Origin: a virus
Taxonomy: Duplodnaviria > Caudoviricetes
Reading direction: 5' to 3' (one strand)
IMG/VR virus record: IMGVR_UViG_3300022074_000030
Location: 2,077-66,076 of that record
Length of the DNA: 64,000 bases
The notes beneath the pieces were generated by a model, which had not been told where the DNA came from, searched no databases, and saw only the letters and a list, made by a program, of their open reading frames with translations. Shown one piece after another: positions 19,701-28,622 of the stretch. The first letter of the stretch is position 1. Each line of letters opens with the position of its first letter. A program made the position numbers and the translations under genes.

Positions 19701-20597
19701 TATACGTGTAGCGATTAAATCATTTGGTATATTATATGCATTATCAGCTTCAAGTGCTTCAAATATAGCGCCATTAAATATAGTTGCAACATGAATAAAA
19801 TTTTCGCTGGCTGATAAATCAGTGCGTTCTGCAATACTTAAAGTGATACGATATCTATCTGCGCCAGGTGCACTTACATTAGGAACCGCACCTTGATTAT
19901 CATACAATGCATTATTATCACTTGCATTGACAACTTCTTCAACAACTTTAAAACCAATATCCGTACTTGGTGTATCACTATACTTTGATATTATTTTACT
20001 TTGATCTTGAGTAAATACAAAATTACCACGTGCATAATATATACCACTACGTAGTGTAGCCTGTGTTCCTGTTCCCGTGGAAGGATCTGCTAATGTAGAA
20101 AGTTTTACTTTTAAATCTGTTCCGTCTGAAACATCCATAATTTCATTAGACGCCATTCTCTGTGTTACAACATCACCACTACTTTGTGCAGAACTGGTGT
20201 TTGTATATTTTACATAAAGTGTAGCAGGGTCACTGCCAGCTGCAGCAACTGCTTCTAATATCGTTGCAACAATACTTGAGGTTTGACCAGTAACAGTTTT
20301 GCCAACAAGTGAAGTAACATCTGTAGGCATGACGTGTGAAGGATCCGTTTCATCTAATTTAATAAATTCATACTGCGGATTGATGTTGCATCCACCGGGT
20401 TTTACAACTACACCTTCTTTAAAAACATTATTACCGAATCTTTCAATTTGTTTTTGTAATATTGTTTGTAGTTGTGTTAATTCTCTTGCTTGTAATCCTA
20501 CACCCGAATTAAATAATATTCTATGATAGTTATCACTATCACGAAAATCATCTTTATACGTACTTGATAAGGTGGTTTCTGTAAACGTTGTCGCCAT
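16740..20597 (-). CDS. VrlC/DUF4815-like structural protein, N-terminal part
   Basis: YKDDF..YHRILF..LQARELTQLQTILQ, APGADR, RFTMKDIG and KSGFLVDNF motifs. Confidence 0.8.
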   Translation of the reverse strand: MATTFTETTLSSTYKDDFRDSDNYHRILFNSGVGLQARELTQLQTILQKQIERFGNNVFKEGVVVKPGGCNINPQYEFIKLDETDPSHVMPTDVTSLVGKTVTGQTSSIVATILEAVAAAGSDPATLYVKYTNTSSAQSSGDVVTQRMASNEIMDVSDGTDLKVKLSTLADPSTGTGTQATLRSGIYYARGNFVFTQDQSKIISKYSDTPSTDIGFKVVEEVVNASDNNALYDNQGAVPNVSAPGADRYRITLSIAERTDLSASENFIHVATIFNGAIFEALEADNAYNIPNDLIATRIRENSGDYIVKPFNARFELDSENTHLLLKISDGTVVVDGYRATRGYPTTLRILKPSQTAVINNEPVGTTLGHHVLVDVSVGGSTTTNGIPNFNEMEEMNLRSAVEHGGSTLGTARIKAITKSGTDLKMHLTDIKLNSGNAFRNVKSIGTSTSNYFDVKLENSKAILKEAANDFSLFPLPKPRAKSLTDLTYTAQRKFTNLSANSSGVITLTGLTTAGEIYTQTDDFVFAKADSDVAITSPTINLTGGGTGGTVDFGTSGPVATIASSSNIEFASFISKTQTSPKTKTLTTFNLTNTVESDGAGFKFINLKRADIFEVDEIVKAGDSSTNYSSRFILDNGQRPSRYEPGRLILAGGQSAPAGDIFVKYKFFEPSTSGDYFSVNSYSGQVDYNKIPDFKTPAGEVVNLRDFIDFRSVADSAGNFNTSGSTMLELPKVGTTITTDATYNLGLASKLSIDRNSNFSLVDGAPSFNPLFPDKLEGTLPLFDIGMNPATLNDSDVSVSRFNYRRFTMKDIGRIEKRVDRLEEFTTLNLLELDTKNLEVLDSSGNNRTKSGFLVDNFKNHSFSQITPSNEYRASIDLQKQQLRAFFNEDQLRMVYDSASSTNTIKKGDNIYPTHDEAVYINQTTASKGIKINPFAVSIFAGTITLSPASDEWRDVERLPDKIVPGGSTISRRPSYLFNNHVYDWAGTTTDQAVERVVTNESILNLVEDRVIESVLSHFMRARKVYFKASGLRPNTRVFTFLDGNNISDLTNGAGGEGSFQFYSDTDSDFGNTLKNITTHPDGASTLVTDPNGFISGSFIVPNNETTKIRTGTRQFKILDISVDKEVNAAAISSAPYTSSGFIDTKQAEYISTRIIYRPYYYSGGNGGGDDYDYVTNPDNRGYRSFDGGNTWVSNKDLANVNLSNYTLDGVWSGPMDLMQAGTYNPATASSGTYGNLGSVYGNASSVYGSRGLNASSTVEQGDDPCQDTETSQSNNSGFGGGGWT

Positions 20598-20609
20598 ATT
20601 ATTATCCTA

Positions 20610-21971
20610 CTAAAGTGTAACTACTACTTTGATGTCTTCTGTTTGTGATGCATCTCTTATAACTGGTGCTCTATTTTCTATATATAAAATATCTCCAGAA
20701 GTATTTATGAGATCTTCAACGGCCGGAGCCGCATTAATTGTTCCTGTATTACCTTGTTCATCTGTTAATGTATCACCTATACCAAAAGGTGTATAACCTG
20801 TACTATCTGTTTGATGAAAGTAAACATCGCTATCCGAAACTTGGTTTACATATGCTTTTGCTGGTGGTACAGTGTTATTAAAAATTAACTCGTCAACTGC
20901 TAGATTTCCTGCAAATGTTAAGTCAGTTTTTAAGAATCTTAAAGCTTTACCTGTAGTTGCTGTTAATGTACCAGCAGCTGAATCCTTTGGATTTTTTATT
21001 AACATAACTTGTCTAAAATCTACATTAGTTCCTGCTAAAAAGTCTCCACCTTCTATTCCAGATGGTTTAGCATTAAACATTAATGATGTTGCCTTTAATT
21101 CATCTCTTGGATCAGCACCTATACCATTTGGTGGACCTAGTACTGCACGTGCCACTGCACCACTTCCTCCGCCACCTGTTATCGTTACAGATGCATTTGT
21201 AAAGTTTTTACCTGATCCTGAACTTTCATTTAGCATTTCGATCTTAACAACAGATCCTCCAGACACTGTTGCTGTGGCCTGTGCACTATCACCTATAGCT
21301 CTTGAATTTCCTGTTAATGTTATTGAAGGTGCACTTGTGTAACCGGAGCCTCCGTTAGTAACTGCTACGTTTAATATCCTACCAGCTACAGCTGAATCTT
21401 GAACTGTTGCTTGTTGAACTTCAATGGCAGTTAAACCAGTACCACCTGCCGAATCTAATATTTTTTCTACTGGCACAAAGTTAGCTGACAAGAATGCACT
21501 TGCATTTGAAGCACTTAATGCATATAAAAATTTCCACGTGTATCCATCAGATGTTTTAAATGCATTTTGAGAAGTTCCTGTTGGTTTTACGGTTGATACG
21601 TTTGCAGCTCCATTAGCATTTTTACTTTGTTGTAAACATATATAAACTTGGTTATCTTCAGTTAAAACATAATAACTGTTTGTAGGTATTGCTGCTACAT
21701 TATCATCAAATGCATCATACACAGAACCTGAAGACCAATTTCTTCTTGGTATAACAAATGATGCTCCTGCAACTGCCTTTACTGATTGCAAAGCATTTTG
21801 TGCTTCTCTGATAGTTCTCGGTGTGTCGGTTGGAGTCGGAACAGTTTCAGTAGAATTCCACTGATCATTTTTTCCAATTCCAATGTAATACCTACCAGTA
21901 AGGTTTTTCACTTCATCAAATATATTTTGCATGAATTGTTTTTTAAATGGGTCTGTAATTATTGCTGACAT
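20610..21971 (-). CDS. gp8: Baseplate wedge subunit gp8
   Basis: IPRRNW, VYICL, DGYTWKFLY, GDILYIENR..EDIKVV; synteny. Confidence 0.85.
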   Translation of the reverse strand: MSAIITDPFKKQFMQNIFDEVKNLTGRYYIGIGKNDQWNSTETVPTPTDTPRTIREAQNALQSVKAVAGASFVIPRRNWSSGSVYDAFDDNVAAIPTNSYYVLTEDNQVYICLQQSKNANGAANVSTVKPTGTSQNAFKTSDGYTWKFLYALSASNASAFLSANFVPVEKILDSAGGTGLTAIEVQQATVQDSAVAGRILNVAVTNGGSGYTSAPSITLTGNSRAIGDSAQATATVSGGSVVKIEMLNESSGSGKNFTNASVTITGGGGSGAVARAVLGPPNGIGADPRDELKATSLMFNAKPSGIEGGDFLAGTNVDFRQVMLIKNPKDSAAGTLTATTGKALRFLKTDLTFAGNLAVDELIFNNTVPPAKAYVNQVSDSDVYFHQTDSTGYTPFGIGDTLTDEQGNTGTINAAPAVEDLINTSGDILYIENRAPVIRDASQTEDIKVVVTL

Positions 21972-21981
21972 ATTCTATTCC

Positions 21982-22914
21982 TTATGATACCGTTACTTCA
22001 CCTTGGTTTCCTACTAAAAACCAGTTTGATCCGTCCCATATACAAGTACAACCATCGTTCTGTGCTAGAACAAATTTAGTACCTTGTGCAAAGTTAGTTG
22101 GTGTAACGTGCATTGCACCTGCACCTTTGTTTGTAAAAATTTTATATTCACCTACAGTTGTTCCGTCCGCTAATGATACATCTAGTTGAGAACCTTTGTT
22201 ACCTATTATTAAAGTTGCTGCCGTACTTGCTGCACCATTTGCAGTTATAGTTGAAGAACTAAAAGCTGCTTTATTAAGTTCAACAGAACCTGTGCCTTTT
22301 GGTGTCATAATAATGTTTAAATCAGTTCCACCACCTGTAGCAGAAAGTGTAGGTCCAGTTGTTGATGCACCGTTTGCAATTGTTAATTCGTTAACCGCAC
22401 TACCTGTAGTTGTAAATTTTATGAATTCGTTTCCAGCTGCATCATTAAGCGATGTACCAATCTTAGGAGTATTTATGGTTGGTGATGTTAATGTTTTATT
22501 AGTTAATGTATCGGTTGTAGCTCTTCCTACAAGTGTATCCGTTGATGTAGGTAAAGTTAAAGTACCAGTGTTTTTAATTGATGCTATAGTTGGTACTGTT
22601 AATGTTTTATTAGTTAATGTTTGAATTGTATTATTAAGAGTAACTGTACCAGTTGAATCTGGTAATGTTATAACATTATCTTGTGTTGCATTTGTAGATT
22701 TTAATCTTGTTTCAAAATCATTAGCCGAAGAACCTTCAAATACTACTGCATCATTTTCTAAAGTAATTTGTGATGATAGATTACTACTATCTCCTCCACC
22801 GAGTAATGCATATACTTCAGCAAAGTTTGCATTTATCTTGGTGCCAGCAGTTCGTAATGTATCTCCATTACCATCATTTGCTGAGCTACCTATGCCTATA
22901 TTTTGTCTAGTCAT
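21982..22914 (-). CDS. Baseplate/tail-fibre connector, gp9/gp10-like N-terminus
   Basis: IGIGSSANDGNGDTLRTAGTKINANFAEVY; TLTNKTLT repeats. Confidence 0.75.
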   Translation of the reverse strand: MTRQNIGIGSSANDGNGDTLRTAGTKINANFAEVYALLGGGDSSNLSSQITLENDAVVFEGSSANDFETRLKSTNATQDNVITLPDSTGTVTLNNTIQTLTNKTLTVPTIASIKNTGTLTLPTSTDTLVGRATTDTLTNKTLTSPTINTPKIGTSLNDAAGNEFIKFTTTGSAVNELTIANGASTTGPTLSATGGGTDLNIIMTPKGTGSVELNKAAFSSSTITANGAASTAATLIIGNKGSQLDVSLADGTTVGEYKIFTNKGAGAMHVTPTNFAQGTKFVLAQNDGCTCIWDGSNWFLVGNQGEVTVS

Positions 22915-22937
22915 TTAATCTTTCCTAATAATAGTTC

Positions 22938-22945
22938 TATTTATA
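22938..22945 (-). promoter_or_regulatory. T4-type late promoter TATAAATA
   Basis: Exact consensus, intergenic. Confidence 0.75.
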
Positions 22946-22958
22946 CTAAAAACACTCG

Positions 22959-23927
22959 TTATGAATTAAAAGATGAATCAAATTGTTCATTGTCCATAGT
23001 CTCGAGAGCAAGTGAGAAGTCTGGTCTTGCTGTTCCTGCACTGTCACCTATATCACTATCATCAAATGTAAACGATTTAACAGTTAATATTTCATTAACA
23101 CTACCATAGATAGTATTTAATTGATTAGCAGGTATAGATTGATATTTATCAATTGTTTGACCAAGCTGTGATCTAAGACCTCCGCTATCAATTGATAATC
23201 CGCCTGATAAAAGTGTCATTTGAGTAAATGGTGCAATAGCACTCATAACTGCAGATGATATAACACCGGGGTTACCACTATCTGGAGATGCTAATGGTGC
23301 ACTTAATGTTCCTACAGCTTCTACATCCGTTTGGACTGAACCTGCAATATAAAACCCTGCAGGATGCACAAACTTTTTATATAGTTCTATCCAAGTGGTT
23401 TGCGCTAATGGACTTTTAATTAATATAGAATAAATTTGGTATAATGCATTATTTCTAATAAATTTATTTGATTCAGCACCAATTCTGCTCAACGGTCCAG
23501 CAGAATCATGACCTACAGTGAATATATCATTCTTAGGATATTCTACTTCTACATTTTGTTGATAGAAAGCTCTAAAAAATTCTTCAATAGAAAACCTGCT
23601 TCCTTTAGTTCTATGCAGTTCATGTATTCTTTGTGCATAGAAATTAGGATCAGTAAAGTTGTCTCCAGTATTACCTGCGGCTATTTCAGATATTAATGTG
23701 CTCAAAAGCTTTGAAGGTACTTCTTGAGTATCACGTGTTTGATATATTTGTCTTAGTTGATTATCAAAGGAACTAACATCATCTGAATCTAAGTAGTCAT
23801 AATACTTTTCTAAAAAAGTGACGAGCTTTGGAAAATCTTGTGTAAAAAATTCAGGTAAAGCATCACGTACTTTTCTATGAAGAAAGTTACGTGGTCTACG
23901 ATTTTGATGATATTTAATTTCAGCCAT
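22959..23927 (-). CDS. gp7: Baseplate wedge initiator, short gp7-like
   Basis: LPEF..FLEKYYDYL, TKGS, YQIYSILIKS, VHPAGF; follows gp6. Confidence 0.75.
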   Translation of the reverse strand: MAEIKYHQNRRPRNFLHRKVRDALPEFFTQDFPKLVTFLEKYYDYLDSDDVSSFDNQLRQIYQTRDTQEVPSKLLSTLISEIAAGNTGDNFTDPNFYAQRIHELHRTKGSRFSIEEFFRAFYQQNVEVEYPKNDIFTVGHDSAGPLSRIGAESNKFIRNNALYQIYSILIKSPLAQTTWIELYKKFVHPAGFYIAGSVQTDVEAVGTLSAPLASPDSGNPGVISSAVMSAIAPFTQMTLLSGGLSIDSGGLRSQLGQTIDKYQSIPANQLNTIYGSVNEILTVKSFTFDDSDIGDSAGTARPDFSLALETMDNEQFDSSFNS

Positions 23928-25783
23928 TAATAACTCGAACTCGTTGTTGCTGAGGTTGAACCTCCACCTAGAGAAACTTGAGTTTCTTGATAGTCAAGTA
24001 CTGCAGATGCCTTTGAAGCTGTAGTATCAATATCTAAAACCGTAGCTCTCAATGGACGTATTGTACTTTGATTTGCAGGTGTAGCTGAAAGTTTAATTGC
24101 ATCTCCTGAAAAACTTGTAGGATTAAATCCAACTAAATCAACTCTTCCAGCTGCAGTGTTGTAAGAACCTATATTATCAACTTCTACTCCTCCACCTGTA
24201 TTTACTATCTGTAAAACGTTAGAGTTTAATCTATTTTCAATAGTACATTCTTTTGAATTAAAAGTAAATCTTGAAGATGTTATAATTTTAAATGTGTCAT
24301 CTGATACGGCTAACGCTACAGGAAAAGTTATATTGTAATTTTTAGCTATGCCTAAAGACGGTATTAATCTTTGTTGAACCTTTATCGACATTTTTGTATT
24401 TAATATAGCTTCGTCTATTTCATCAATGATAGTTAATAAGTTTGATCTTCTAAAAACACTTCCAAATTTTTTCAAGTTATTTGAAAAGAATGTATTGATG
24501 CTTGTTTGTACTGTGTCTTGTGTAGCTCCTGATGTACTACTCGTTAAATCTGGATCAAAGTTAAATGTAGTAGATAATTCCAAAAATGTAGTTTGCGGAT
24601 CTATAAACTCAGTATCGATACTGGCAACTGCAAAGTTATTTGTTAACTCACTTATAATTCGTGATTTGACATCTAACTGAGTTGCATCATCTACATCTGA
24701 TTTAAATTTTAATGACACATACACTCTGCCGTAAACAGGAGGATCGTTGTCCGCTCCACCCCAAGATGTAACATCATCGATGTATGATCCGTAGTTAGTT
24801 AAAATTTGTGCTGTATAATCTTCAGCCGTTACCATTCGTCTTTGAGATGTAAAATACAAAGGAGCATTTTGTCTGATTGATTCTATGCCTTCTCTAAATG
24901 ATCCACCTGCTGCAGCCGATGTAGTAGTACTTACAATATTAACACCACTTACTTGCGCTGTTGTTGAAAAGATACTTGCACCGTTAGCATCAGGTCCTTT
25001 TGTAGATAAGTAATCTATTACAATTTTATTACCTGCTTCTGGAGCTTTACCTGTGCTTATACCATCTCCGAATATTACTTCATAATATCCATTAGGTACT
25101 TCTTTAATTTGATAGTGTGTAGAAGCAGCAGTTATTCTAGTTGCTTCTTTAATGTTAGTGTAAGTATCAAAGGTAGAACCACCTGCATCATCAAATACTC
25201 TAACACGTATTGTAGTCGTATCCATAGTTAAATCAGGTATGACATATATTTGCGAATCAGTTGTGTCACCTACAAAGAATGTTTTTGTTTTTTCTATTCC
25301 TTCATAAATTGGAATATCCGATAAGCCTTGAGATGTTTTAAATGTATATGTACCTGACGAATTAGGCACTGCAGTGTATGCTTCTCTCGTTTGAAAAGTA
25401 TAACTAACACTATCTATTGAAGTTGTGAATTGTGTGTTTCTTGGTAAAGTAATCAAACTCGGTCTGTTAACATCTGCTATAGTGATGGTGATTGCAAGTT
25501 TAGCTAATGATGAGGCATAAGATCTTGGAACATAACCTAAAGCTTCTGCATGAGATATAATAGAACTTCTTAATTGTGCGGTATTTAAAAAACTTTCATT
25601 AAGTGCAAAGTTAGTTGTCAATCCATTAAAGTGTGTATTGTAAGCTAATACATCTAGTATGTTACTTAAACCAGAAGCTTCAAAATCATAATCAGCAAAT
25701 TCATTTTGTCTTTTAAAATAATCTTTAAGTCTTGTTTTGATGGTATCAAAATCGAGATCTGTTGATGTTATTGTTGTTGCCAT
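23927..25783 (-). CDS. gp6: Baseplate wedge subunit gp6
   Basis: LDFDTIK, DYDFEASGL..LDVLAYNTH, NESFL, QRRMVTAEDY. Confidence 0.92.
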   Translation of the reverse strand: MATTITSTDLDFDTIKTRLKDYFKRQNEFADYDFEASGLSNILDVLAYNTHFNGLTTNFALNESFLNTAQLRSSIISHAEALGYVPRSYASSLAKLAITITIADVNRPSLITLPRNTQFTTSIDSVSYTFQTREAYTAVPNSSGTYTFKTSQGLSDIPIYEGIEKTKTFFVGDTTDSQIYVIPDLTMDTTTIRVRVFDDAGGSTFDTYTNIKEATRITAASTHYQIKEVPNGYYEVIFGDGISTGKAPEAGNKIVIDYLSTKGPDANGASIFSTTAQVSGVNIVSTTTSAAAGGSFREGIESIRQNAPLYFTSQRRMVTAEDYTAQILTNYGSYIDDVTSWGGADNDPPVYGRVYVSLKFKSDVDDATQLDVKSRIISELTNNFAVASIDTEFIDPQTTFLELSTTFNFDPDLTSSTSGATQDTVQTSINTFFSNNLKKFGSVFRRSNLLTIIDEIDEAILNTKMSIKVQQRLIPSLGIAKNYNITFPVALAVSDDTFKIITSSRFTFNSKECTIENRLNSNVLQIVNTGGGVEVDNIGSYNTAAGRVDLVGFNPTSFSGDAIKLSATPANQSTIRPLRATVLDIDTTASKASAVLDYQETQVSLGGGSTSATTSSSY

Positions 25784-26257
25784 TTATCTTAACCTTGTTA
25801 AATTTAATTCTACTGAATCTTGTTGTAAAGTAGCTACTATTAAAAAATTTACTTTGACTCTTACTTCGTGTCTATCTGGACTTACTACGCTCGTAATATT
25901 TATTACTCGAGCTCTTGGTTCAAACATTTCAATGGCTCTTGCAATATCACTTTCTAAATTTACATCATCTATTTCAGTGCTTAATCTAAACAACATGGCA
26001 GAAAGGTTACCACCAAACCTATGCATAAAAGGTCTTTCGGTGAAATTAGTTAATAATAAATTTCTTACTGCTTGTTTTACAGCAGCTCCACTTGTTTTTT
26101 TAAAAACATCTGCACGTAAATTTGTTCCATCACTATCTAATCCTATAAATTTTGCAGCAAAGGATAAATCAATATCTTGATCAACACGTGTTCGCGAAAC
26201 AGCTATACTGGTTTTATTAAGATTTCCATCTTCATTTGAAAAAACTCTTGTAGGCAT
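25784..26257 (-). CDS. gp25: Baseplate wedge subunit gp25
   Basis: AVKQAVRNLLLTN..ERPF...FEPR; precedes gp6. Confidence 0.9.
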   Translation of the reverse strand: MPTRVFSNEDGNLNKTSIAVSRTRVDQDIDLSFAAKFIGLDSDGTNLRADVFKKTSGAAVKQAVRNLLLTNFTERPFMHRFGGNLSAMLFRLSTEIDDVNLESDIARAIEMFEPRARVINITSVVSPDRHEVRVKVNFLIVATLQQDSVELNLTRLR

Positions 26258-26280
26258 TCTGTTTCCTTAAGTATATGTTC

Positions 26281-26288
26281 TATTTATA
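26281..26288 (-). promoter_or_regulatory. T4-type late promoter TATAAATA
   Basis: Exact consensus, intergenic. Confidence 0.75.
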
Positions 26289-26295
26289 CATAAAA

Positions 26296-27246
26296 TTACG
26301 TATAACCACCCGATGAACCTCCTGATGAACCTCCTGATGAACCTCCTGCTGATGATCCACCTACTTCATTAGAAGGATACAGCGTATATAAATTTGCATT
26401 GTAACTTTTTACTCCATGATTTTGATTAGACAATGGCATCCAAAATTCTATCTCAGGATATTCTATAAATGTATGTTTATGAAAACTTTCTCCAACTTTA
26501 CTTTGATCCAGATATATCGGATAAAAATAACCCTTTTGGCCAGATGAACCGCCGAAGTTACTAGTTCCAAATACTGCATATACTTTATCTTCGTCTAAAG
26601 GTTGTGGTGCAGTAGTTTTCGGTTCTTCTTGACCAACTTCTAAAAATTCACCTGTAGCTTGAACGGCATTGTTAAATCGTGTTTCTATTACTTCATCATA
26701 TGTTACACTCCAAGGTGCTATTATTTCAGGCATTATTAGTACAATATCTACATGCAATCTACCATCAGGTGTGTAGCTGTCATAGTTAAGTATTATTTTA
26801 TCATAGTTAATATTGTTTTTAAGATAAACAGCTAAATCGAATGTTTTATCAAATGCTATTTGACCATCTTCTCCTATGAGTTCATATACTACTGCTCTTC
26901 CATTAGTCTTTAAATAATTTATACCATCTGTTACATCTAAATTTTCTGTAGGTCCTTCTCTGTAATATCCTTCAGACACAACTAATCTAAACTTTTCAAA
27001 TCCTTTTGCACCTCGTAATCCTGGCGATGAGTTGATAGTTTGCATCACTTGAGCGTGTAAATAATATTGCTTAGCTAACAATAACCTATCTGCTGTAGTT
27101 AAATGATTTATACTAGTAGGATCGCCATAACTACCTAAGAATTTAGATAGTGTAATGCTTTGTGCTAATCGAGTACGACGTGTTATTTCAGGTTGAAACG
27201 TAGGATCGTACTGAGCGTCTGGTATTATGTCTAACGTAAGTGCCAT
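26296..27246 (-). CDS. Baseplate hub-associated protein in the gp5 locus
   Basis: Lies between the gp5 spike gene and gp25; C-terminal GGSS repeats. Confidence 0.5.
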   Translation of the reverse strand: MALTLDIIPDAQYDPTFQPEITRRTRLAQSITLSKFLGSYGDPTSINHLTTADRLLLAKQYYLHAQVMQTINSSPGLRGAKGFEKFRLVVSEGYYREGPTENLDVTDGINYLKTNGRAVVYELIGEDGQIAFDKTFDLAVYLKNNINYDKIILNYDSYTPDGRLHVDIVLIMPEIIAPWSVTYDEVIETRFNNAVQATGEFLEVGQEEPKTTAPQPLDEDKVYAVFGTSNFGGSSGQKGYFYPIYLDQSKVGESFHKHTFIEYPEIEFWMPLSNQNHGVKSYNANLYTLYPSNEVGGSSAGGSSGGSSGGSSGGYT

Positions 27247-28622
27247 TATGTTTGATATACTTTCGATTTAGGATTAGAAGGTCCCATAGGTTCACTTCCT
27301 CTTTGTGATTTATCTTTAATACTAACTGACTTTCCAAATTGCGGAGGTATAGTGTTTGCAAAGTTTTTAGAAACTAAACCTTCTGATATAGCCTCACCAA
27401 CAAACGTTTCATTTGCAATTGTATTTGGATCACGTAATTTAGATCTAACTGATTTTGTATTTAATTCTGTTTCTGAAATTCCGCCATAGTTTCTACTTTT
27501 GTTGATAGTATATTTTAAATCTTCAAATGTATCTACTTCAACTTGTCGTATTCCTACAATTGGTGATGTAGTTAATGCATCGTTAATGACAGTAGCATTA
27601 AGTGTTTTATCATTTCCAGTTGTGTCTGTTACAGTGTTTGTTGGAGCTGATGCTGATCCACTTGCACCAATAGATCCAGCTGTTCCAGCTTTTTGTGATT
27701 CTACTGCTTTATCAGCTGTGCCTTTAACGTCACCTGTAAATGTTGGTCCGGTCACACCTGCTGTAAAAGTAGCCGAAGTTGCAAATATATTTTTAGCACG
27801 TTTAGTTACGTTGGCTCCACCCATAAGTCCAGTTTCTCCAATGACGGTTATGTCAGTTGCAGTTATAGAAGTGTTAGGTGATGATGAAATAATTTTAGAT
27901 TCACTCGTCATTACTAAGTCACCAGCTGCATCCATTTCAATTATGCCTTTAACTATATTATCATAGTTACCTTTTATTATTTGTGTTTTATTACTTAAAA
28001 CTGTTTGTGTATCTGCGCCTACGATTGTTTCAGCTTTATTTTGTCCTATTTCTGTGGTTTTGTTTTTAGCAATGGTTTGTATTGAATTACTTTTTATAAC
28101 TTCTTCCTTATCCCCTACAACATTTACATTAAAGTCACCACCAACTTCTAAGTCAAAATCACCTGCAACTTTCATTTTTAAGTTACCATTGTATACTACT
28201 TCACCATCACCTTCAACAATAACTTTTTCATTAGCTGCCACGATTCTTATTGCATTGTTAGTAGAACTATAAATCACAGTTCCATCCGCACGCATCTCTA
28301 CGCCTGAACCAGTTCTGTGCCGAATCATAACTCTTTCACGGCCATTAGTATCATCATACTCTATTATATGACCTGATGATGTTTCTTTAACTTGGTTCTC
28401 AGGATATTGCGTAGAAGGCTCATCATTTAATTCTAAATCGACACCGGGTACACTTCCACCAATATATACATTAGCAACTCTTGTACCACGTGCAATGTTG
28501 TTTACTCCAGAAACACCTACGTATTCTTTCCTAGGAAATCTTTTGTCTGGATCAGATCTTCCATCATCTGGATTAATTAAATCACTAAATTCATTTGGAT
28601 CTACATTATCGATATCAGCCAT
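27246..28622 (-). CDS. gp5 C-terminal beta-helix spike part
   Basis: YPENQVKETSSGHIIEYDDT..ERV..HRTG, then VxG repeats. Confidence 0.8.
   Translation of the reverse strand: MADIDNVDPNEFSDLINPDDGRSDPDKRFPRKEYVGVSGVNNIARGTRVANVYIGGSVPGVDLELNDEPSTQYPENQVKETSSGHIIEYDDTNGRERVMIRHRTGSGVEMRADGTVIYSSTNNAIRIVAANEKVIVEGDGEVVYNGNLKMKVAGDFDLEVGGDFNVNVVGDKEEVIKSNSIQTIAKNKTTEIGQNKAETIVGADTQTVLSNKTQIIKGNYDNIVKGIIEMDAAGDLVMTSESKIISSSPNTSITATDITVIGETGLMGGANVTKRAKNIFATSATFTAGVTGPTFTGDVKGTADKAVESQKAGTAGSIGASGSASAPTNTVTDTTGNDKTLNATVINDALTTSPIVGIRQVEVDTFEDLKYTINKSRNYGGISETELNTKSVRSKLRDPNTIANETFVGEAISEGLVSKNFANTIPPQFGKSVSIKDKSQRGSEPMGPSNPKSKVYQT

Noticed and set aside
26308-26362. 12-bp tandem repeat (tgatgaacctcc)
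   Set aside because: It encodes a simple GGSS low-complexity tail.
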